Positions 54,280 to 64,000 of a DNA stretch of 64,000 nt are shown piece by piece. The translations under genes and the position numbers were made by a program. Every line of letters begins with the position of its first letter. The stretch's first letter is position 1. The stretch is from Nitrospirota bacterium. Its GTDB lineage: Bacteria; Nitrospirota; UBA9217. Below the pieces are notes generated by a model. The model made no database searches. It was not told the origin of the DNA and saw nothing but the letters and a program-made list of their open reading frames with translations. The stretch spans positions 256,001 through 320,000 of the forward strand of contig CAVVOB010000028.1 in the NCBI GenBank assembly GCA_963749655.1. Direction: 5' to 3'.

Positions 54280-54522
54280 TTAAGCCGTTTTCTTGATGAA
54301 GAACGTGAACGTTCCGGCACCTTCATCGACTTTGAGGATTTCGTTGCCTGTTCTTTTTGCCCACGACGCCATATCGTTTTTCGAGCCCGGGTCCGTCGTC
54401 TCGACCTTCAAAACCTGGTCTTTGGAAAGAGCCTCAACCGCTTTCTTGGTTTTCAAGATCGGGAGAGGGCAACTCAACCCCTTTGCGTCAAGAACCTGAT
54501 CAAACTTTATATCTGCTGACAT
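54280..54522 (-). CDS. tusA: Sulfurtransferase TusA family
   Basis: LDAKGLSCPLPILK, TDPGS. Confidence 0.9.
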   Translation of the reverse strand: MSADIKFDQVLDAKGLSCPLPILKTKKAVEALSKDQVLKVETTDPGSKNDMASWAKRTGNEILKVDEGAGTFTFFIKKTA

Positions 54523-55082
54523 GTTTCACCTCCGCGAAAAATAATAAAAGACGACATACTTTCTTGTTCTAAGAAACACCTGTTTTACTATACTGAGGTA
54601 TAGTTGCAAAGTCAAGCAATTTTTAAATCGTTTGCCGCACGACGTCATCCGCCTTTTTTAAAGCATATCACGGATGGTAAACCCGATTATGGCGGTCTTC
54701 ATCTGCAGAAAATGGGAACTGTGCCAGCCCTTTGATTGGGTAGAAAATGCCTCGACAAAATGGTCGATGCTCTTGATGTTTCATTTTTATCCAAGATGTT
54801 GATATCGAGACAGATGTATGATTTCCAATCGAAAGCAACACGATAGCCGCTCTGTTTTGAAAGGGTTCCGGGAGACAGAAATGCCTTGCCAGAACGGGGC
54901 GGTTCTGGTATAGTTTGCCCTCGTCAGCTCTGGCTATCCAGTCAGAGCATAATTTTTTGCAAGATGTGTGCTAAGCCCGGTATTTCTGCAGCTCTCAAAA
55001 TCACGCAAATATTGGGCAGAAAAAGCGGACAATTAGCCTCCTAGCGGACGCATAACCTTTCGAAAATACAATTAAAATCCTA

Positions 55083-55102
55083 TTGTCCACAGGTGTGGAT
55101 AA
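55083..55102. promoter_or_regulatory. Inverted DnaA box pair upstream of dnaA
   Basis: TTGTCCACA (55083-55091) and perfect TGTGGATAA (55094-55102). Confidence 0.88.
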
Positions 55103-55149
55103 GCATGTTTGTAACCAGGGCCGTTTTTCGGGGTATTTTTGGGGTATCT

Positions 55150-56478
55150 ATGGATCAGGAAAAAGTCTGGGAAGAGATTCTGCTGCTCATAGAAAATCGA
55201 ATGTCTAAGCAGGGTTACGACACCTGGTTTAGCCAATCGAAACTCCTGTCCATAGACGGCAACAGGTTGTTGATAGAAGTGCCCAGCAAGTTTCACCGGG
55301 ACTGGATCAAGGAGCATCATTGGGGCACGCTGAGCGAAGTGATCAGCGAGGTGACCAAACGCAAGGACGTGGAAATAGATTTTTTTGTCCAGCCCCAGCA
55401 GGCAAAAAAAACCGTCCGACACACCAAGGAAGAAAAGAAGGAAGGGCGGGAGGAGAAGATCGGTCTCTTCGAAAAAAAGTACACGTTCAACACCTTTGTT
55501 GTCGGACCGAGCAATCAGTTCGCGCACGCAGCGGCCAAAGCCGTTGCCGATGCTCCCGGCAGGGCCTACAATCCGCTCTTCATTTACAGCGGCGTCGGAC
55601 TCGGCAAGACCCATCTGGTCAATGCCATCGGCCACCACATCCAGAGCAGATCTCCCAGGACCAAGGTCGCCTATCTGTCGTCCGAACAATTCACCAACGA
55701 GCTCATCAACCGCATGAGCCATCAGCGGATGGAGGAGTTCCGCCAGAAGTACCGGAACATGGACATCCTGCTCATCGACGACATCCAGTTCATTGCCGGG
55801 AAGGAGCGGACGCAGGAGGAGTTTTTCCACACGTTCAACGCCCTGTACGAGGCGCAGAAACAGATCGTGCTGACCAGCGACCGGCAGCCCAAAGAAATAC
55901 CCGATATCGAGGAGCGCCTCCGCTCGCGGTTCGAGTCCGGTCTCATCTCGGACATCCAGCCGCCCGACCTGGAGACGCGAATCGCCATTCTGAAAAAGAA
56001 AGCGGACTTCTGGGGCATCCGCCTTCCCGACGACGTTGCCGAGTTCCTCGCCTCGATCATGAAAAGCAACATCCGTGAACTCGAAGGCGGCCTGGTCAAG
56101 CTCGGTGCGGTCTCGTCTCTTACGAACACCGAGATCACCCAGGAACTTGCCAAGAACGAGTTGAAATATCTGATCGACAGCAGGGAAAAAGTCATAACCA
56201 ACGACCTGATCCAGAAGATCGTTGCGGAATCCTTCGGCGTGAAAATTTCCGATCTGAAGTCGAAACGCCGCACCAAGGCAGTCGTTCTGCCGCGACAGGT
56301 TGCCATGTATCTGTGCCGGAACCTCGCCAATTCCTCGCTTCCCGAGATAGGCAATTTCTTCGGCGGTAAGGACCACAGCACGGTAATCCACGCAGTGAAA
56401 GTCATCGAGGAAAAGAAAGAAAAGGACCCTGATCTGAGGGCCAGAATAGAGATGTTGATTAGGCAGATAAAACATTGA
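55150..56478 (+). CDS. dnaA: Chromosomal replication initiator DnaA
   Basis: YNPLFIY.GVGLGKTHL, LLIDDIQF, QEEFFHTFN, RLRSRF, DHSTVIHA. Confidence 0.99.
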   Translation: MDQEKVWEEILLLIENRMSKQGYDTWFSQSKLLSIDGNRLLIEVPSKFHRDWIKEHHWGTLSEVISEVTKRKDVEIDFFVQPQQAKKTVRHTKEEKKEGREEKIGLFEKKYTFNTFVVGPSNQFAHAAAKAVADAPGRAYNPLFIYSGVGLGKTHLVNAIGHHIQSRSPRTKVAYLSSEQFTNELINRMSHQRMEEFRQKYRNMDILLIDDIQFIAGKERTQEEFFHTFNALYEAQKQIVLTSDRQPKEIPDIEERLRSRFESGLISDIQPPDLETRIAILKKKADFWGIRLPDDVAEFLASIMKSNIRELEGGLVKLGAVSSLTNTEITQELAKNELKYLIDSREKVITNDLIQKIVAESFGVKISDLKSKRRTKAVVLPRQVAMYLCRNLANSSLPEIGNFFGGKDHSTVIHAVKVIEEKKEKDPDLRARIEMLIRQIKH

Positions 56479-56564
56479 AAGTAAAAACAAAAATACCAAA
56501 ACTTTTTATTGCTATTTCGTAGGGATTCTGATACTATTCGGGATGTGACAGGAGGCTTCCCTAG

Positions 56565-57680
56565 ATGAAATTGAAAATCCGGAAAGAGGAAATCCTGAAA
56601 GGGTTGCAGAGGATCCAGGGCGTTGTGGAAAAGAAAAACACCATGCCCATTCTCTCCAATATGCTTCTGACTGCCGAGGGGTCGAGCATCGAGATCATCG
56701 CCACCGACCTCGAAATCGGTCTGCGCGGCCGCTACGCCGCCGAAGTGGAAAAACCCGGTTCCGTCACGGTATCCGCAAAAAAAATGTACGAGATCGTGCG
56801 GGAGCTTCCGGCTGACGAGGTGCAGATCTCGGTTGAGGATGCGAACTGGGTCCGGATCGTCTCCGGGCAATCACAGTTCAAGCTCGTCGGGTTGCCGAAG
56901 GATGAATATCCCGCCCTGCCCGATGTTGCAGAAGAGGGGATGATCGTCATCGACGGCAACACTCTTCGGGACATGATCAAAAAAACGCTCTATTCCGTGG
57001 GAGAAAACGATGCACGGTATGTGCTGAACGGCCTGTTCATCCACATGACCCAGACCAAGGACGGCCTGAATATCCGCATGGTCGGCACCGACGGTCACCG
57101 GCTTTCCATGATCGACCAGGTCGTCGATGCCAAGCACAAGGAAGAGAGCCTGATCATTCCCAAGAAGGCGATGTTGGAACTCCGCCGTCTCCTTGAGGAG
57201 GATGCTCCCCAGGCGGAGCTTCGGCTGGGCTTCAGCAAGAACCACGCGCTTTTCAAGCGCGACGGCCTTGTCATGGTTTCGAAGCTTATCGACGGGAACT
57301 ACCCGAACTACCTCCAGGTCGTTCCCACCAAGAGTACAAAAAAGGTCACGATCTCCAAAGAAATGTTTACTCACGCAGTGAAGCGCGTGTCGATCCTGTC
57401 CAAGGAAAAAACGAATGCCGTCAAAGTGCAGCTGGAAAAGGACCGCCTTGTTCTCTCGACGAACAATCCGGAAGTGGGGGAGGCGAGCGAAGAGCTCGCC
57501 GTGGATTACCGGGGGGAAGCCATCGCCATCGGATTCAATTCCCGCTACCTCATGGACGTGCTGACGGCGCTTGACCGGGAAACAATCGCACTTGAGCTTA
57601 GCGACCCTCTGAGCCCGTGCCTCATCACGGAGGATGGAAACGCGAGTTACAAGTGTGTGGTCATGCCCATGAGGGTGTAA
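56565..57680 (+). CDS. dnaN: DNA polymerase III beta clamp
   Basis: ATDLE, TDGHRL, LIDGNYPNY, GFNSRYL, VVMPMR. Confidence 0.98.
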   Translation: MKLKIRKEEILKGLQRIQGVVEKKNTMPILSNMLLTAEGSSIEIIATDLEIGLRGRYAAEVEKPGSVTVSAKKMYEIVRELPADEVQISVEDANWVRIVSGQSQFKLVGLPKDEYPALPDVAEEGMIVIDGNTLRDMIKKTLYSVGENDARYVLNGLFIHMTQTKDGLNIRMVGTDGHRLSMIDQVVDAKHKEESLIIPKKAMLELRRLLEEDAPQAELRLGFSKNHALFKRDGLVMVSKLIDGNYPNYLQVVPTKSTKKVTISKEMFTHAVKRVSILSKEKTNAVKVQLEKDRLVLSTNNPEVGEASEELAVDYRGEAIAIGFNSRYLMDVLTALDRETIALELSDPLSPCLITEDGNASYKCVVMPMRV

Positions 57681-57835
57681 GAAGTCAATCTCGAACTTCT
57701 AAGCTCGAAATCCTAAAGATGAACAAGGGGGCCGATCGCTTGTCCGTTTAGAATTTCGAGATTCGGGTTTAGAACTTGCTGTGTTGACGAGGGATTGATC
57801 CGCTGCGGACAAATCCCTCTTTTTGCGAGGAGTGA

Positions 57836-60238
<2,403 letters not shown>

Positions 60239-60245
60239 ATAAAAT

Positions 60246-60317
60246 GCGGATTTCGGAATTCCCGCGCACTCCGTGCACCCGCACTCGTAAACGCTGGGGA
60301 CAGGTCGGAGTGCGGAA
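60246..60317 (+). repeat. 72-bp dispersed element (intergenic copy)
   Basis: Near-identical to 41361-41432. Confidence 0.9.
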
Positions 60318-60350
60318 TAAAACCAAAACCGCAGAAAGAAAAAGAGCTAG

Positions 60351-62843
60351 ATGGAACCCCAAGAAATAAAATCACAGATCAATATCGAGCAGGAGATGAA
60401 GACCTCCTATCTCGACTACTCCATGAGCGTGATCGTGGGACGCGCGCTTCCGGACGTGCGGGACGGTTTGAAGCCCGTTCACCGCAGGATTCTCTATGCC
60501 ATGTTCCGTGAAGGCCTCGTGCACAACAAGAAGTACTCCAAGAGCGCGGGCGTCGTCGGGGAAGTGCTGAAGAAGTATCATCCCCACGGAGACAGCGCCG
60601 TGTACGATACGATGGTGCGCATGGCCCAGGATTTCAACATGCGCTATCCCCTGGTCGACGGGCAGGGCAACTTCGGCTCCGTTGACGGCGACCCGGCTGC
60701 TGCGTACCGGTATACCGAGGCGAGGCTCACGAAACTGGCCGAGGAAATGCTCGCCGACATCGACAAGGAGACCGTGGATTTCACCCCGAACTTTGATGAT
60801 ACCACGGTCGAGCCCTCCGTCCTCCCCACGCGCGTGCCGAACCTCCTGATTAACGGCTCGGCGGGCATTGCCGTGGGCATGGCCACGAACATTCCGCCGC
60901 ACAATCTGTCGGAAGTGGTCGAGGGGCTTGTCATGATGATCGACAACCCCGAGGTCTCGATCCCGGACCTGATGACGGTCATAAAGGGCCCGGACTTTCC
61001 CACTGCCGGGTTCATCCACGGATACGAAGGCATCAAGCAGGCCTATATGACCGGCCGCGGCATCATCCAGATGCGCGCCCGGGCCACGATCGAGGAGGGC
61101 AAAGGGGACCGCGAAAGCATCGTGGTGACCGAACTGCCCTATCAGGTGAACAAGGCCAGGCTGCTCGAACGGATCGCCGAACTCGTCCAGGAAAAAAAGA
61201 TCAACGGCATATCGGAGATCCGCGACGAGTCCGACCGCGAAGGCATGCGCGTTGTGATCGACCTCAAGAAGGGCGAGATCACGAACGTTATCCTGAACCA
61301 GCTCTTCAAACACACGGCCATGCAGTCCACCTTCGGCGTGATCATGCTTGCGCTGGTGAACAACCAGCCCCGGGTGCTGAACCTCAAGAAGCTCCTGTCC
61401 AATTTCATCCAGCACCGCCGGGAAGTCGTGATCCGCAGAACGAAGTACGATCTCAAGAAGGCCGAGGAGCGCGCCCATATTCTTCTGGGCCTCAAAATAG
61501 CGCTCGATAATCTCGATGCCGTGATCGCCCTCATCAAGGCCTCGGCGAATCCCGACGAAGCCAAGACAGGCCTTGTCCGTGAGTTCAAGCTGTCTGAAAT
61601 CCAGGCCCAGGCTATTCTCGAGATGCGGCTGCAGCGGCTCACGGGGCTGGAGCGCGACAAGATCATTGCCGAGTACGAGGAAACGCTCAAGGAGATCGCC
61701 CGGTTGAGCGAGATTCTGGCGTCCGATGCGCTGGTGATGAAGATCATCAAGGACGAACTGCTGGCGCTCAAGGCCGAGTACGGCGACCCGCGCCGGACCG
61801 AGATCATTGCGGAAACGAGCGAGATCGACATCGAGGACCTGATCAAGGACGAAGAGATGGTGATCACCATCTCCCATGCCGGGTATATCAAGCGGAACGT
61901 CCTCACGACCTACCGGGCGCAGAAACGCGGCGGCAAGGGCAAGATCGGCATGGAGACCAAGGAAGAGGATTTCGTAGAGCGGCTCTTTACGGCCACGACC
62001 CACAGTTATATCCTCTTCTTCACGAATAAGGGCCGCGTCTACTGGCTCAAGGTCCACCAGATCCCCGAGGCCAGCCGACAGGCCAAGGGAAAAGCCATTG
62101 TAAACCTCATCCAGATCGGCCAGGAGGAACGGGTCACGGCCGCGCTCCCGGTCCGCGAGTTTACTCCCGGCCACTTTATCCTCATGGCGACCAAGAAGGG
62201 CATCATCAAGAAAACGGAGCTCGAGTCCTACAGCCATCCGCGGCCCTCGGGCATTATCGCGATCACCCTGGAGGAAGGCGACGAGCTTATCTCCAGCGAG
62301 GTGACCGACGGCAAGTGCGACGTGTTCCTGGGTACCCGGGACGGCCTGTCGATCCGGTTCTCCGAGACCGATGTCCGGGAGATCGGGCGAACGGGCAAGG
62401 GCGTCATCGGCATCAGGCTCGACGAAGGCAATGAGGTTGTGGGCATGGAGATCGTACGCGACGACTCCACGATCCTGACGGTGACCGAGAACGGCTACGG
62501 CAAGCGGAGCACGCTCGAAGATTACCGGAGCCAGGGCAGGGGCGGCAAGGGCATCATCACCATCAAGATCACCGAGAAGAACGGCCGGGTGACCGGCATG
62601 GCCCAGGTGTCCGAAGAGGACGAGATCATTCTGATCACCGGCAACGGAAAGGTCCTGCGAATCCGGGCGAAGGACATCTCGGTGCAGGGCCGCAATACGC
62701 AGGGCGTGCGTCTCTTTGACATCGAAGAGAGCGACAAGGTCGTCAGTTTCGCCAAGGTGGCGGAGCGCGAAGATGAGAAAGAAGCCGCGTCCGACAAGAG
62801 CGCCCCCGGGCCGGCCGCAGCCAAGGACAGCAACGGATCATGA
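60351..62843 (+). CDS. gyrA: DNA gyrase subunit A
   Basis: [30 protein letters not shown], GyrA-box QKRGGKG. Confidence 0.99.
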   Translation: MEPQEIKSQINIEQEMKTSYLDYSMSVIVGRALPDVRDGLKPVHRRILYAMFREGLVHNKKYSKSAGVVGEVLKKYHPHGDSAVYDTMVRMAQDFNMRYPLVDGQGNFGSVDGDPAAAYRYTEARLTKLAEEMLADIDKETVDFTPNFDDTTVEPSVLPTRVPNLLINGSAGIAVGMATNIPPHNLSEVVEGLVMMIDNPEVSIPDLMTVIKGPDFPTAGFIHGYEGIKQAYMTGRGIIQMRARATIEEGKGDRESIVVTELPYQVNKARLLERIAELVQEKKINGISEIRDESDREGMRVVIDLKKGEITNVILNQLFKHTAMQSTFGVIMLALVNNQPRVLNLKKLLSNFIQHRREVVIRRTKYDLKKAEERAHILLGLKIALDNLDAVIALIKASANPDEAKTGLVREFKLSEIQAQAILEMRLQRLTGLERDKIIAEYEETLKEIARLSEILASDALVMKIIKDELLALKAEYGDPRRTEIIAETSEIDIEDLIKDEEMVITISHAGYIKRNVLTTYRAQKRGGKGKIGMETKEEDFVERLFTATTHSYILFFTNKGRVYWLKVHQIPEASRQAKGKAIVNLIQIGQEERVTAALPVREFTPGHFILMATKKGIIKKTELESYSHPRPSGIIAITLEEGDELISSEVTDGKCDVFLGTRDGLSIRFSETDVREIGRTGKGVIGIRLDEGNEVVGMEIVRDDSTILTVTENGYGKRSTLEDYRSQGRGGKGIITIKITEKNGRVTGMAQVSEEDEIILITGNGKVLRIRAKDISVQGRNTQGVRLFDIEESDKVVSFAKVAEREDEKEAASDKSAPGPAAAKDSNGS

Positions 62844-63634
62844 AGAGGATACTCACATCGCTCCTGATCGGAACGCTTCTCGTTCTGGCCGGGTGTGAGG
62901 TGTTTGACAAGGCAGCCGGCAACGAATACGAAGCAGCGATGAAACGGTGGAACGCCGGCGACTACCAGGTCGCGGTCAAGCAGTTCTTCGATCTGGTGAA
63001 GGAGCACCCCTCCAGTCCGAAAGCCGATGATGCGCTCTACTGGGCGGGAGTCACGCAGTTTCTGTATCTCGGCGAGACAGACAAGGCGCTCCAGACGCTT
63101 CGGCTCTTGCTCAAGACCTACCCGCGTCGCGACATGGCGCCTCAGGCACAGTGGTACATCGCCCAGATCTACGAGCTGGGATACAGTGATTACGAGCGGG
63201 CGATCGAGGAATACCGCAAGGCATCTACCTACGCGAACCGCGAGGTCCGGGAAAAGAGCCTGTACAGCGTTGCCGAATGCCTGTTTCGCGTCGGACGGAT
63301 AGAAGAGGCGAGCAACACTTGGCTGCGCCAGATCACGGAATTCCCGAACGGGACGCAGTCGCGACTGGCGTATTTTCGCCTCGGAACCGCGGCCTTTTCA
63401 AAAGGCGACCTAGATCTTTCGGAGCAGTATTACCGCAAGGCACTGGAGCAGAATCCGGACCGGGAACTCGTGATCAAGGCGAAGTTCGCTCTCGCCGAAT
63501 GCCTGGAGCTGGGGGACAACCAGAAGGAAGCGCTTGCGCTGTACCGCGAGCTTGAGCCCGTTTATCCCAATCCTGAAGCCATTCAGATAAAGATCAAGGC
63601 GCTCGAGGCGAGGATCCTCAAGAAAAGCTATTGA
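62840..63634 (+). CDS. TPR-repeat lipoprotein (BamD/CpoB-like)
   Basis: Lipobox VLAGC; repeated TPR helices. Confidence 0.8.
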   Translation: MKRILTSLLIGTLLVLAGCEVFDKAAGNEYEAAMKRWNAGDYQVAVKQFFDLVKEHPSSPKADDALYWAGVTQFLYLGETDKALQTLRLLLKTYPRRDMAPQAQWYIAQIYELGYSDYERAIEEYRKASTYANREVREKSLYSVAECLFRVGRIEEASNTWLRQITEFPNGTQSRLAYFRLGTAAFSKGDLDLSEQYYRKALEQNPDRELVIKAKFALAECLELGDNQKEALALYRELEPVYPNPEAIQIKIKALEARILKKSY

Positions 63635-63661
63635 CAACGTACAAGGAGAATGTTACCTTTT

Positions 63662-64000
63662 ATGCTCGATTTGCGGATTGTCAGGGAAAATCCCGATGCG
63701 GTAAGTGCCGGACTCCGGCGCCGGGGCGTCAACCTCGACTTGACGGAGTTCCTTGCGCTGGATGCAAAGCGGCGCGCGGCGCTGCAGGAGATTGAAACAC
63801 TCCGCCGCAGACGCAACGAAGTGTCGGAAGAGATCGGCCGTCTGAAGAAGACCGGACAGGCTGCAGAGGACAAAGTTGCGGAAATGCGCGCGGTGGGCGA
63901 TCAGATCACCGCGCTTGAGAATAACTCCCGCGAGGTTGAAGAATCCCAGAGGAGCATTCTGCTGACGATTCCGAACCTGCCGCATGCATCAGTTCCCGAC
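63662..64000 (+). CDS. serS: Seryl-tRNA synthetase (3' end outside window)
   Basis: MLDLRIVRENPD, coiled-coil arm, LLTIPNLPHASVP. Confidence 0.95.
   Translation, partial: MLDLRIVRENPDAVSAGLRRRGVNLDLTEFLALDAKRRAALQEIETLRRRRNEVSEEIGRLKKTGQAAEDKVAEMRAVGDQITALENNSREVEESQRSILLTIPNLPHASVPD

Noticed and set aside
55093-55149. N-terminal extension of DnaA from GTG 55093
   Set aside because: It overlaps the DnaA boxes; ATG 55150 gives a typical DnaA start.

Overview
Replication-origin region of a GC-rich anaerobic bacterium. A Nitrospirota/Desulfobacterota-like lineage is inferred from gene content only. The left arm has mnmG-rsmG-Clp1-like kinase-hcp-parAB with two perfect parS sites, bactofilin and a large purL. 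The right arm has yidC-yidD-rnpA-rpmH, an oriC-like unwinding element about 2.3 kb upstream of dnaA, and dnaA-dnaN-gyrB-gyrA-TPR-serS. The most striking content is a co-oriented cluster at about 28.8-42.0 kb behind a sigma54 promoter. It encodes two Zn-motif MtaA/CmuA methyltransferases, MtrH, a corrinoid protein, its ASKHA reductive activator, an HdrE/NarI-like plus HdrD-like pair, and a Methanosarcinales-type cysteate synthase plus fused ComDE. This looks like an archaeal-style coenzyme M (or related sulfonate-thiol) biosynthesis and methyl-transfer system in a bacterium, with no mcr genes in the window. Short heptamer, decamer and hairpin repeats fill many intergenic gaps and are also inserted into PurL and ComDE. 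Many genes carry single-base frameshifts, most likely long-read assembly errors. No rRNA, tRNA, CRISPR array or transposase was recognised. Family calls are from motif recognition, not database searches.
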